From Diplonema japonicum (lineage: Eukaryota > Protista > Euglenozoa: Diplonemea), in assembly GCA_964019335.1 (NCBI GenBank), contig OZ025653.1:248001-312000 (forward strand): DNA of 64,000 nucleotides, read 5' to 3'. Shown piece by piece: positions 10,122 through 21,972 of this stretch. The notes under the pieces were generated by a model, which was not told the DNA's origin, made no database searches, and worked only from the letters and a program-made list of their open reading frames with translations. Positions within the stretch are counted from its first letter, which is position 1; each line of letters starts with the position of its first letter. The position numbers and the translations under genes were made by a program.

Positions 10122-10879
10122 TTGTTCTTTGTTTTTTCTCGCCTGCTTTCGGGGTGTAGAAGGGATGGAATAAGAAAAAAAAGGGGAGTAGAAATATTAG
10201 GAAAACGAAAACTTGTTATGTAAGAAAAAGAATTCTTGTCCTTGCCAACAAATACATAGCTGGGTAGCGGGGGGGGGGGGGGGGGAGAGGAAAAGACTTT
10301 CCCTTGGACGGGGGAAGAGATGTTAGCAACAACCCACCTTTAAAAAGAAAAAGAAAAAAAGAGTAACCATCTACAATGGGGGGAGGAGGTTGTTGAAAAC
10401 GCTCACCAAGGTATAGAGAAGAGTCAGAAATAAAAGGTGTTGTCATGCTGGTTTTATTTTCTAGCTGCACCTTTTCTTTTTAGGGAGGGTGATAGTTCTA
10501 TCTTATACAAAGAGGAACTGGCCACTGTTTACATTTTTCGTTTTTTTTGTATGAGTTGATGAAACTGGAAACGACGCCCTTTAGTTTAAATTCGTTCTTG
10601 CAAAAAGAAAAGAAAACCGATCACTATGTGTGAACAACGACCTACGAAAGGGGAAAAATTAGAAAACAAAATTATGTCTTTTCTCAGCTTTCTCAGCTCA
10701 GATAGCCAACTCGTTACTTTGCAGCGCATTCTTCATTCACATTGCTACCCACTGCCAACGTAGCCGGGGGTTGCGTGGCCATCCAAATTACCTGCTTACA
10801 CTCACAATTGGGAGGCCGCCCTCCGGGTATATTTTACTTTTTTCTCACTTTTCTTTTTTATGTTATCTTTTTTTTTTAA

Positions 10880-11949
10880 CCCATAAAGGACCGGAGCTGA
10901 ATATTCAGCTAAAAATCTTTTTTTTACATTCTGCTAAGGCATTTTTAGTGCTCTGCATGCCCACTCTTTAAAGAGGGGCCTTATTGCGCGACTTTTTTTA
11001 TACTGAACCCTATATCGCCCGTAAATTTTTGCATCCAAACTGCAAGGGGAGAAAAAAAATAGTGGCACAGACATTGTTTTTTTTACACCCCATAAGGAGT
11101 AGTGCCGAAAGTACTTCTGAAGAAGGGTCAGTGCCACCGGATGATGGGGATATCCCGGATATGGAATGGGATGACAAAATCGAGAAGGTGGGGAGGAAAA
11201 TATTTCGCAAGGTGCCAGGTCCAAGTGTACCAGTAGTGGGTCTCAACGGGCTGGAGGTTTTTCCTTTGTTTTTGATAGGGCGGCCCTCCAGCAGGGGGTT
11301 TGTCCTGTACTGGTCCTGCGGCTCTAAAAGGCTATCGTGGGGTGGGCAGCAAGCCATTCGAGTGGTATAGAGGCCTTTGGATACTTACAGGGTTCACAAT
11401 CAAGACAGATATCAAGGTCTACTGGGCACAGGATGAACTCACAGATACCCCATATTCACAATATTTCAGAACGGTAATGGAAAGAAACAGGCTCCTAAAA
11501 ATAATGCGCTAAATGCGGTTTGGGTTGCCCCCTGGTGGAGGAGAAGGAGACAGAATGGCTAACGGGCGCAATCTTATAAATCTTGTGGTTCTTTCTTGGT
11601 CATCCCTGTATGTACCTAAGCGAAACCTTGCTGTGGATGAACCATCATACGCTGTAGAAGCCGTGTCGGGTTCATTGTTTATGAGCCGAAGAAGAGGAAG
11701 CGTTATGGGTTCAAAATGCAAATCAGACACCGGTTACACTCTAAACACGATTGTTTGTACCGGCGCGGGCACCCGGGGGAAAGAGGCAGAGCTGCTCACC
11801 GAATATCAGCACCAGAATTACTGGATTGTCTTTGACAACTGCTTTCGCTTGTCCCATTGTTGATACGGATTTACAATGCGGATTTCCACTGCATGGGGAT
11901 TAAAGTTCAAAATCGACTTTTTAGACAAAAAATAGCGGTCCTTTATGGG
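10880..11949 (+). mobile_element. Internally deleted piggyBac-family DNA transposon
   Basis: Perfect 14-bp TIRs CCCATAAAGGACCG (10880-10893, 11936-11949) with TTAA on both sides. Broken transposase fragments YWAQDELTDTP..F..VMERNR, LYVPKRNLAVDE, SDTGYTLN, WIVFDNCF. Confidence 0.92.
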
Positions 11950-12264
11950 TTAAAAAAAAAAACCCTCTGTGTACAGCCCAAATCAAAAAACAAACTTTTT
12001 TCCGAAAGCAGGGGAGACGAAAAAAAAAAAAGAAGAAATAAAAAACGCCTTTTAGCTTATAAAAAAGGTTATGCAAAGACAGTTCTTTGTACCGGCTCCG
12101 ACGCATCGCGATGGTTCGGAGGGGGGTGGAGGGAACAGATCCAATTGGCAGGTATTCACAGGGCACGTTTGCACCTTGACACCACCTGCTGGTTTAGAGA
12201 TGTGTTGTTACTTTGAGATATATAAAAAAGAAAAAAGAAAAATTGTGTTGATTTTTTGTTGTTG

Positions 12265-13356
12265 TTATAGAACAGTTTCTTGGCGACCGACGTGACCAGT
12301 GCGCTGGCAAACAGGCACGGCTTCGTCATCGTCACCAAGAGTACAGTATCCCTCGAGGGAGGCTAGATATCTCTTCACGGAGGGGCAGATCGAGGCAGCA
12401 AAGGCCATCTGCACAGTATGATACACAACCACAGGCATGATCAGGGCCCCACTGTGGTTGGAAATAATAGCGAGGATGGCGATGGCCATGCCCTCGGTCT
12501 TTTGTGAAGCAACGAACATAAGTGCAACCCGCCTCTTGGGGCTGAATGGAGAAGCATAGTACCATGCGCCTACGAAGGCACATATATGTACCACGGTAAC
12601 CCACACGACCATCAATGACACGGAAACAGCTGTGATGCTGTCCGGCTCTGCGTGGAACCCTTCACAGAAGATGAAGTACAGCACCACAACCAAGATTATG
12701 TCGAAGACAAACCTTGCCCATTTCACCATAACAGGGATCAGCTCCGCGTTGTGCTGGATCACAGCAAACTGTATCGCGAGCCCGGCTATCAACGGGAGGA
12801 CAAGCTGCCAGCCGAGCTTAAATGCTTCTTTCAGAATGGACATAGAAGAGTGCCCGCCGAGGAAGAGGTGTGCCACAACTGGCGATACCAACGGTCCTAA
12901 CAGGTTCCCCAGAGCTGCGTTGCACACGGCTACTGACTCGTCGCCGCCCGCTTGTCTTGTGAACATGACACATGTGAAGGCGGTGGTCGGCATGCACAAT
13001 GCCGCCATCACGCCTTTCGAAAAGTCTGTGGACAAAATATCGAGCATCTGATCCCATTTCCAATAGTACACGAGGATGTAGTAGCTGAACGGCATCACCA
13101 GCAGGCTGTACGACTGGCACATGATGTGGAAGGAAACGGCGCGGGTCCCGTTCGCCAGCTGGTCAGCCGGCAGCACCATCCCGATTGTCAAGAAAATCGC
13201 CACAATGCACGTTGGTATCACAATCTCATAATGCAACGGACCTCCCTTGGCACCATACGACGGCTCGATCAGCGCTAGCCCGCTGGTGGCGATCACGATC
13301 ATCAGCGCGTGCTGCTGCCGGATGAGTTCCACACATTTCTTTTGGAAGTCCTCCAT
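12265..13356 (-). CDS. Sodium/bile-acid symporter family protein (SLC10A7-like)
   Basis: About 10 TM helices; CMPTT...VMFTRQAGGDESVAVCNAALGNLLGPLVSP, ASQKT, YHTVQ. ATG at 13356 directly follows CACAG. Confidence 0.88.
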   Translation of the reverse strand: MEDFQKKCVELIRQQHALMIVIATSGLALIEPSYGAKGGPLHYEIVIPTCIVAIFLTIGMVLPADQLANGTRAVSFHIMCQSYSLLVMPFSYYILVYYWKWDQMLDILSTDFSKGVMAALCMPTTAFTCVMFTRQAGGDESVAVCNAALGNLLGPLVSPVVAHLFLGGHSSMSILKEAFKLGWQLVLPLIAGLAIQFAVIQHNAELIPVMVKWARFVFDIILVVVLYFIFCEGFHAEPDSITAVSVSLMVVWVTVVHICAFVGAWYYASPFSPKRRVALMFVASQKTEGMAIAILAIISNHSGALIMPVVVYHTVQMAFAASICPSVKRYLASLEGYCTLGDDDEAVPVCQRTGHVGRQETVL

Positions 13357-13437
13357 CTGTGAGAGCACTAATGACAGCACATAAAATGTAAAGATAAAAA
13401 GCACGTGAAACAAAGCACATCTAACAATGATCTGTGA

Positions 13438-14868
13438 CTACGCTTCTATCATGTTCCGCACCTTGAGCTGGATGTCCTCGACAAGCTGCGTGGCGTCATC
13501 GTGTTGTTGTTGTTGCGACATACCTTGCTCATCTCCTCGTCCTCGAGAGGTAGTGACTTCACAATGTTCACACCCCCAAGCGTCACAAAGTACTGCTGCC
13601 CTTCGGTGTAGTTCAGCAGGTTCCACACAGTGCGCAGTGTACATTTCGTTGCCTCCTTCTCTCTGTTCATTCTCAGCCTTGTTACAAGCGTCGCCATCGT
13701 AGACTCGTCCAGCAGGATTGGGTCCTCGTGCGACGACAGCGTCATTAGAAGCGCACTCAGCGCGGAATCTACCTCCTCGCTGACACCTTTGTTGAGACCG
13801 ATCACAGCCACCTGTTTTGTGTTACTACCACTTGCCATCATACCTTTGCGAAATCCCCTTTCGTCAATGCCGTTGTTGAGGCGTCGTGCGTGTCGCCTTC
13901 GAGAAGTGTCGCCACCACCGAAGCACTGTTCACAAGCATCTGATCTCTCAACTCGTTTTCCTCACCTGCAGATGTTGTCATTAATGGAGAGAAAAAAAGA
14001 GCATACTCTTCGACGCAGCGGCCTCTTCCAGCTGCTTCACCATTTTGTTCATCGCCGGTGGCACCAGTGCCCTGGCCATCGAAGGCAGGGACTTATGGTT
14101 GTGCGCAATAAGCGCCAGTCCGTGCCACACCTTTTCATGGATTTGTGGCACCTCGTGCTCGGCAGCCTTCATGAGAACATTTACGGTGGTGATGGGGTCC
14201 TTCTCGTACACGTAGTCAGCCTGTGTGTTGTCGTCCACAGGAGCGTTCAGAAGGCGGAGCAGCAAGGCCAGACCCGTGTCCTGTATGTCCAGGGACTCAG
14301 GGTACGTGGAGAGCATCGCTATCGAGAGATTGACGGCCTCGCTTGTGATGGCCTCTCGCGCGTTGGCTTTGTTGTACATAGTAAGCATGAGGAGGGCGTG
14401 CAGGCCGCGTGCGCAGATCTTCTCATTTTGCCGACCATGTTTGTGGAGTACTTGTGCTGCCAGGGACACAGCGCCGTCCATTCCGAGGAGTGCCTGGTTG
14501 GAGCCCTCGGAGTTGTCGGTAAGAGTGAGCCAGCACATGTTGATCATGATCTTCAGCGTGCTGTCTATGATCATCGTGTCGTCCATGTTCTCTTGCAGAA
14601 CACGCGTCATAGCCTCAGGCCCTGTAACCAGGTTCCCCGACTCGTCCTTCCACCCTTTTGCAATTGACTCGCTGGCGTTATCATCAGTGTCGTATCTTGC
14701 CAGCGCCTTCATCCCTGCCTGGTGGACTTCCACCTCATGAGGGTGGTTGTACATTGCCTTGAAGGCTTCTGTTACCGTTGCCTCTCCGTTGAGCTTGTTC
14801 AGTTGCTCAATCACACTCCCCATGCTGCTCATCCTCCTGACCCCCCTCCATGATCGCAAGACGTTCAT
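13438..14868 (-). CDS. ARM/helical-repeat protein with probable mitochondrial presequence (3 introns)
   Basis: GT-AG introns 14006-13966, 13843-13812 and 13523-13486 join the ORF pieces in frame; N-terminus MNVLRSWRGVRRMSS. Confidence 0.7.
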
Positions 14869-15190
14869 CGTGATGGCCTGTTACCGTGCTTTGGAAGCGG
14901 GAACAAAGAAGACACAAAGACCAACCAAACGAAAAGTGTTGAGTGTCGAAGAAAAAAAAAGTTGTAAGCGGCTGCAGGCTGCATGTTATAAAACATTAGA
15001 CCGCCTAAGTTTGGCAAATAAAAAAAAGGGAAAAAAAAGACAGTTTCTTTTTAAAACTTTTTTTCTCTCTTTCTTGGTGAACTCTCGGCGAGACTGTCAC
15101 TTACCTAAACAGTATAAGAAGAAGGGAAAAAATGTTAATATGAGAGAATAAAAAAAAGGAAAGGATTCCTTTTCCGTTTCTTTTACGCTT

Positions 15191-16425
15191 TTACTCCAGA
15201 CGTTTGGCGGGGATGGTGTACGTCAGGCCGTAGTAGTCGCTGAGGCCGGGGTTGCTTTCAACTTTCCAAATGAACGCATCGAGAACATAATGAGTGACCT
15301 GGTTTGTGTTTAAGGGGCGGGGGTAACATAAAAAAATGTTGCAACGCGACAAACCTGAGGTAATGAAAGGAGTGCGGTGAAGAAAGACTTCCCCATAGGC
15401 GTAACCTCGAAGGTGAACACGTCCTGGAAATAATCCCGCCAGATGAAGGCTTCCCAGATAACCTTTATTGGTTTCTTTTACTTTTATTAACCCCTTTTTC
15501 ACAATACCTCTTCGACAACTGCAATCGCCACAAAAAAGAGAAGATAAAAAGGCCACCTGCCAGGTAGGGTGCACCACTGCATGAATCGTTCCGCGTCAGT
15601 AGGCGGTGTCTGCAGCCTCCATTTGTTCCTCGTGGTGTAGTACACAATCATGTATGAGGGAGCAGCATGGAACATATTCATAAAGAATACACCGATGAGC
15701 TTGTGCGGGCAGAGGACTCCGACAACCCATGTTACCCAGCAGAATGCCATTGTCATGCATTTTGCAGTGTGATCAACGCCTTGCTTGGCCAGGGAGATCT
15801 GTCTGAAGGTGTACCACGCGGCGACAACCACCCAAACGGCCACAGAAATGCTCTGAAACTCACGAGGAAATCGTACAAGGAAATAATCCTCGCGAAGGAA
15901 CCAGTCGAATGACCTCGAAGGGTCGGAATGCCAGTACACAATGGGGCACATTGCACCGGTTAAGTGAGTCAGTCTGTCGGCCACCCTTCCCGTTGTTTCC
16001 CCGGCGCGTGCCCTGTACAGACACAAGAACCCCCACTGCTGACGCACAAAGTGGAATATCGCGATGTACCCTATTACAGTCCAACAAATTGCCTCAGATA
16101 TTTTGAAGTGAACAAGGAAAATCGACAGGAAAACAAGCAGAGGCGAAGCTGTGTACAAGAACCACCTTCTCCTGAACTCTTCTGTGTCCAGGTAGCACCT
16201 AAACAGTGTTGTCCACACGTGGCCTACATCACAGAACACAACCACAATAAGATACGCCCACAGAGGCATCGCGTCCAAGTCAACGTATTTATACACAAAA
16301 GGTGCCCCACAGACCCCCGCTACAATAGGCATGATATGTGCCCAGAAGTCTGCGTTTTTAGAGAATATCCATTGCTTCTCGACCCTCGTCACGTCCTCCA
16401 TCTTCACCTGCCTGATGTGTCGCAT
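15191..16425 (-). CDS. Multi-pass membrane protein with conserved His motifs, bacterial-like uncharacterised family (2 introns)
   Basis: DVGHVWTTLFRCYLD, FHFVRQQWGF, FHAAPSY, LPQVTHYVLDAFIWK; introns 15507-15463 and 15354-15299. Confidence 0.75.
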
Positions 16426-16485
16426 TATGCAATCCGGTGCAGTACCTCGACACTGAGATTAAATAAAGAAATGTAAACCCCCCGC

Positions 16486-18292
16486 TTAAGATGGGTTAGC
16501 CGGGGGTGGGGGCATGGGCACAGGGATCGACGTCCCTGTGAAAGTCTTGACCAGGCACTCGGTGGCGACGGAGTAGTATGCACGGTAATACCTATTAAAA
16601 AAAAAATGGAGTCATTTAATGAAGAAAATAAGAAACATACCGTTCATAGTACTGGCACAGCCTGCTGTGGTGGGCTTCGACGGCTTCCTGTTGGACATTG
16701 GCAGGTGACGGTGAGGCAGGCATAGGGGAAGGGATCTGGTAATTGTAGTATTGCGGCTGAACCTGGTAGTGCTGGGGATACTGATGGTAGTGTTGCGGCT
16801 GGGAGTAGGCGGCCGGGGTGACGGTGCTGTGAACTTGTTGCAGGTGCTCTGTTTGTGGCGTTGGCATCACATGCGATTCGCTTGTTGCAGGAAGCGGGGT
16901 GGACGCGGGCTGTGCATCGCTCTCGTCACTGTCGTCCGAAGACTCAGATTCTACTCGCTCTCTTTTCCTTTTTACTTGTCGCCGAGCACTCCTTGGCACT
17001 GCTGTAGCCACTCCCTCCTTCCTGTTCGACTCGTAGCTGTCGAACATCTCCACGTCTTCCTTGTCAGTGAGGACGCCCTGCATGTAGTCGGTCTTGATGT
17101 CGCCCAGGTCATCAGGCAGCAGTTTGAACGAACTGTCTGCATTCACCTCGCTGCGGCAGTGTCTGATCTTCTGAAGTTCCATCTTGTTGATGATGCTAAT
17201 GGCCAGCCCTAAGCTTCCGTACCTTCCCGTTCTCCCAATGCGGTGCATGTACGTCTCCCCATTGGCAGGCACGTCTGTGCTGATGACAACATTGACCTTC
17301 GTCATGTCGATGCCACGCGCTGTGAGGTCGGACGACACCAGCACACGGATGTTAAAGCTTGCAAACCGCTTGATGATGGACGATCGCTCGCTCTGCTCGA
17401 GACGCGAGGACATGCAGTCTGCAGCGATGCCGGCCTCGCATAGCGATCGTGCCAACTCACGCATGGCGTCGAAATCATTGCAGAACACGATACACTGAGT
17501 GAACGGGACGCTGTTCACAATGCGCAGAATCTCATCCCTCTTCGTCTTCTCCTCATCTTCCTTTTTAACGCTGATGAGCTTGTAGTACTCCTCCACACCT
17601 CTCAGGCTTGTCTTCTCATCATCGATGCTCAAAATGCGTGGTGTCCGCATGTAAGTCTTCAGGATCTCCATAAGGCTCTCCGTGTAGGTTGCTGAAAAGG
17701 TGCACACTTGCTTCCTCTCGGGGAGAGCTTTGTAGATGCTGTTGACGTCTGCGAGGGTGTCTTGCCCCCCGAGCAGGGCGTCCACCTCATCAAGGAAGAA
17801 CATCTTGATCTTTCCAGTGTACAGGAGACTCGAGTCACAAATCAGGTCCTTGATGCGGCCTGCGGACCCCACGACCACCTGGCAGTTCTTCAGACTGGAC
17901 TTGTCTTCTATCTTGGAGGTGCCACCAATGAAGGTGTGGCATGACAGCTTAGGCATCCCCGACCCTACCTTTTTGATGACGGATGCAATCTGCAAAGCGA
18001 TCTCGCGTGTTGCAGTGATGGTCACAGACTGCGGCAGTGCGCTGCTGGTGTCGACTCCCGACAGCGTTAACACCGCGAAGATGAGAGTTTTGCCTGTACC
18101 TGCTTTGCCTTTCACGATGAGGTCAACACCCAGTAGCCCGATGGGGATTGACTTTAACTGGATCGGGGTGGGGCGTTGATAGCCCGCAGTAGCTAGTCCA
18201 TTGCAAATGTCTTTCCTAATACTCAGCTGGCTGAACTCCGTCCCCTGTGTTTCGTCTGTGATGACATCTGCGGTCCTTATTCTGTCCGCCAT
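16486..18292 (-). CDS. DDX20: DEAD-box RNA helicase, DDX20/Gemin3-like (1 intron)
   Basis: PTPIQLKSIPIG, GTGKT, TREIA, DEVD, SAT, ARGID, HRIGRTGRYG. Intron 16640-16592 gives C-terminal QYYERYYRAYY, similar to the Gemin3 tail. Confidence 0.75.
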
Positions 18293-18432
18293 GTTACCTG
18301 TGTGCATGTATGTGCTGTTCGTTAATATAACAATAAATGCGAACGGTTACTCAGTCCTACGGCCACTCCGACTCGCTTTCCGCATATGCTGCTCAAGACT
18401 CTCTCGTAAGCTTTGGTTCCTGCGCAATGTGT

Positions 18433-19824
18433 TCAGGGCTTAACAGATTTGACATACTTGACGTGGGCAATGCTAGACTCTACCAGGGCCCGTTCCCTCC
18501 CCACGTCCCCTTCGCTGAAGACATCTTGCAAGCAGGCAACTATGTCCTTCTCCCTTTCCCTGAAGCAGTAGTGCAGCAACCTACCTTGGAAAAGCTTTGT
18601 TTTAGAAATGCCACCTAGATATGTGAGAGATGTTGCATTGATTTGCATACTTGTTTCGGAGACCTCCTGTAAGAACTTGTCGAAGTCGGCAGCAGGTGCC
18701 TTGGCTGCCATGCGCAGCAGCTGATTGCATGTTAACAAGTTTGTCAATGGCGCCGTCTTTTCGGTGAAACGGAGAATGCTTCTGGCGATACTCAGGTGCT
18801 CGGCATTGTCGGGTCGATCATAGTGCATGAAGTCACGTCTCATGTACTGCTGGGTGGGGTTCTTGAAGGCCTCGCAGGTGACAGGCGTGGAGATGTTCTT
18901 CGCGACAATCGTGCTAGAACGGTGGTTACTAGGGTCGCCGCACACGGGGCATGGCATTCCCTTCCCGTTGGAGTACCACATGGCGGTGAGCGCTGCTGCC
19001 TTGCCATCGCCCCATTTCATTATGTAATTCGGGAAATTAATATCATTAGAAATTGCCGCTGTGAGGAGGAGCCGGTAAGGTAGGTTGCGTTCGACATAAC
19101 CCTGCCGAGCTTGCTCTGTGAGCAAGGCGTCGGCTTCGGGAAGATGCTCACCGTTGATGAAGATACGGGCTGCCAAGTCAAGAGACTCACGGGAAAGGAC
19201 AACACCCATAACATCAAGATCACGGAGAAGAGAACGGGTGATCTCAACAGGGATCGCCAAGCACCACACAGGGAAGTCGTTCAGGTTAAGTTTCTTAAGA
19301 CGGAGGTCGGCACCAAGTCGGGAGATAGAAAAGAGAAAACGAAGAAGACTCTTAACAAACAGACTGTCAAGTGGCACATTGTCAGCAGACATCCAGGACT
19401 GCAGGAGCCGCAGCCTCTTCACATTCAATTGAACGGAGTCATCGCTGGAAAGCGTCGCGCTAACGGCATCAGGCGATGCATTGACGTGATTAAGGGTGTC
19501 CCGGTACTGTCTTTCAAGGACACTCAGCATAACGCCAGCTACATGAACGTCGATCTTCATCCCCCACGAGCGGAAGTACGCCATTGCAGTGAAGACGCTC
19601 CCAGGGCACGCGGTTGCCTTCGTTTTCTCTGTTTCAATGCTTCGCAGCACTGCTTCTTTGAAGCCCTTCACAGGCGGCAGTCTTTCGCCAATCACATTTT
19701 TCAGAGTGCCTTTCAGATCTCCATTCCTCAACTCTTGCATGCTGCCATACAGAGTCTTACCCCCTTTGAACGAGCCTGCCCATGTGTGCAGTTTTATGAC
19801 TGCACGAACCCCTGGGGTTCCCAT
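18433..19824 (-). CDS. Hypothetical helical protein (463 aa)
   Basis: Long ATG-initiated ORF on the gene strand with coding-like composition; no firm motif. Confidence 0.65.
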   Translation of the reverse strand: MGTPGVRAVIKLHTWAGSFKGGKTLYGSMQELRNGDLKGTLKNVIGERLPPVKGFKEAVLRSIETEKTKATACPGSVFTAMAYFRSWGMKIDVHVAGVMLSVLERQYRDTLNHVNASPDAVSATLSSDDSVQLNVKRLRLLQSWMSADNVPLDSLFVKSLLRFLFSISRLGADLRLKKLNLNDFPVWCLAIPVEITRSLLRDLDVMGVVLSRESLDLAARIFINGEHLPEADALLTEQARQGYVERNLPYRLLLTAAISNDINFPNYIMKWGDGKAAALTAMWYSNGKGMPCPVCGDPSNHRSSTIVAKNISTPVTCEAFKNPTQQYMRRDFMHYDRPDNAEHLSIARSILRFTEKTAPLTNLLTCNQLLRMAAKAPAADFDKFLQEVSETSMQINATSLTYLGGISKTKLFQGRLLHYCFREREKDIVACLQDVFSEGDVGRERALVESSIAHVKYVKSVKP

Positions 19825-20399
19825 CTAAGTACGGGGGGTGGGATTTAATTCAACGCGAAACGAAAAAACGAAATTCACGAAATGAAGGGAAAAAATTGTA
19901 GTTAGCAGCCACCGGCGTGAAGGGAAAGGAGAGAGAAAAAAAAAGGGGGAAAGAAAGAGGAAAACAAGGGCTCAAAAAAACAACAAAAGGGCGCCACACA
20001 AAAAAAAAAAGGCAGGGGGAGAAGATAAGCGGCCCCCCCTTTTTTTTTCTTTTGTTGCTCTTTTACCCTGTTTTTTTTTTAATTCTTCCTTTGTCCTTTC
20101 CCCCATTATTTTTTTTTCTCTCTTCTATTTCGCATTGTTCTTTAATTCTTCCTTGTTACCTTTCCCCCTCGCTTTTTTTTTTCTTTTTTTTTTTGGTCTC
20201 CCCACTCGAGGGATGAGATAAGACAACAAAAGGCACGGTAAAAATACCAACCATGAGTTGTAAAGAGAAAAAAAAAAAGAGGGAGGGGGTGAGGGGAGGG
20301 TAGATTGATACACAGTGATCTAGGAGGAAATTGATGAATCTCCAAAACGGTATGTTTTCTTTACTTTCAATAATAAATAATAATAAAAAAAGGGTGGAG

Positions 20400-20514
20400 T
20401 GCTAACTAGACCCCTAAGTTTTGGAAATCAAAAAAGCTAAATCTTCAGAAACTACTATGCTCCCCGCATTTATGAAACCTTGAGCTTTTCCCAAACTTAG
20501 GGGTCTAGTTAGCA
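20400..20514. repeat. ~115-bp palindromic element (MITE-like or hairpin)
   Basis: TGCTAACTAGACCCCTAAGTTT at 20400 is the exact reverse complement of the segment ending at 20514; imperfect pairing continues inward. Confidence 0.8.
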
Positions 20515-20552
20515 GTTTCTCTCTAACAAAAAAAAAAATAGTATAGCCATTT

Positions 20553-20930
20553 TTAACGGTGCACTAGCGCCTTAGGGTTGTAGCACCATTCGTTCCCGTC
20601 AGCAAAGCGGACTTTAACTCCTTGTCGCCATTCTCCTACACCAGTTTCAATCGCCATGCAGTCCCAACCACATCTCTGTGTAATAAGTATTTTTTTTTTT
20701 TTTCTTTCTTCTTCTCTCGAGCATACCGAAGCGGGGCACGGATTCTTTCCGTAAAATGGGTATGAATGCAAGGCGTGCACTGCAGCAGGACACGGCATCA
20801 CCCGGACCATCATCCCTGGCCGCACCTCCCCAAGCTTAATCGGTTCAACCTTCCTACTTTTCTCCGGCCTGGGAATTTGAAAATCGTCCTCACGAGGCCT
20901 TTTATACCCCATCATCATCATCATTGTCAT
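20553..20930 (-). CDS. Small protein with Mind-bomb-repeat/SH3-like domain (1 intron)
   Basis: GMMVRV...VKVRFADGNEWCYNPKALV resembles the Mib repeat W-x-[YF]-NP motif; intron 20726-20676. Confidence 0.55.
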   Translation of the reverse strand: MTMMMMMGYKRPREDDFQIPRPEKSRKVEPIKLGEVRPGMMVRVMPCPAAVHALHSYPFYGKNPCPASVCSREEERKKKKILITQRCGWDCMAIETGVGEWRQGVKVRFADGNEWCYNPKALVHR

Positions 20931-21338
20931 TCTTTTTTTTTTTTTTCTTTTTTTTTTCCCCGGTGTAAACAAGGCCTTCAGAATTTCTTTTCTTTTCAGG
21001 GAAATGGAGGAAAAAAAAAAAAAAAAAAAAAAAAGAACAAACTTTTTTGTTTCCTTTTTTTTATTATTATTTCCCCCCCCTCTCCCAACGTCCGCTTCTT
21101 GCATTCACAGTTTGAAACGTTTCGGTTGCAGGTATCAGATGCCTTTGCGTAGATGGGTCTTTTCAAGCTCGAGAATTAAAAATAAAAAAATTAAAAATAA
21201 AACAAACCCGTGTAAAGCAACGACCACGACCCTGTAAAAAAGCCTTTTGTGGTTAAAAACCTTTGAAGACACTCTGGATCCAAAAAAAAAACTTTTAAAA
21301 AAAAAACCCCCCCCCGTAGTATTCACCCTTTTTGTGTT

Positions 21339-21566
21339 TTAAACAACGTTGTCGCCGCTTATCACCTTTTCGCTGACATAACCAGTGAAATTGACGCCCT
21401 CGTGGCAAATCTCCGCGGCTTCCTTCACCTGTGGGATGCATGCCCTGAATGCGTTCAGAAAGATGTAGAGGTATGCACAGAAGCTTGCGATAGGCCAGCT
21501 GATGAAGAACCAAATCAGCAGCCAAAGGACCTGATTGGCTCTTTTCGGGAGCTCGAGTAGTGCCAT
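21339..21566 (-). CDS. Small membrane protein (75 aa)
   Basis: MALLELP...LWLLIWFFISWPIASFCAYLYIFLNAFRACIP; GC-balanced island with ATG and stop. Confidence 0.65.
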   Translation of the reverse strand: MALLELPKRANQVLWLLIWFFISWPIASFCAYLYIFLNAFRACIPQVKEAAEICHEGVNFTGYVSEKVISGDNVV

Positions 21567-21972
21567 GGTTTTTTTTTTTTTTTTTTTTTTTTCCTCTTTT
21601 TTTTTTTTTACCCCCGGATAAAAGGAAAAACCTTCGAGAAAAAGTAAATACAAAAAAAAACAAAAACAAAAACTTTTTTTTTTGTTAGGCTTGATAAACA
21701 CTTTTTTTCATTTTCCACGTTCCGGGGAGTGAGAAGGGTCTACAAATCGCAGAATAAAAAAAAAAAAGAGATAAAGGAGGCCAGTTTTGGTGGCGCCCTG
21801 CACAAGCACTACCGGCTTGATTGCAAGGAGAGCAAAAAAACAAAAAACATAAAAGAGAGAAACCGGCAGGCATAATATAAAAGTAATGAGAGGGGGGGGG
21901 AGGAACGGGATGAAAACTGGTAGAATCAAGCACGGTAAAGATTTCTTTTCTTTTCTTTTTTTTTTTTTTGCA

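Noticed and set aside
16518-16540. Hairpin CACAGGGA-TCGACG-TCCCTGTG as an ncRNA
   Set aside because: It lies inside the inferred last coding exon of DDX20.
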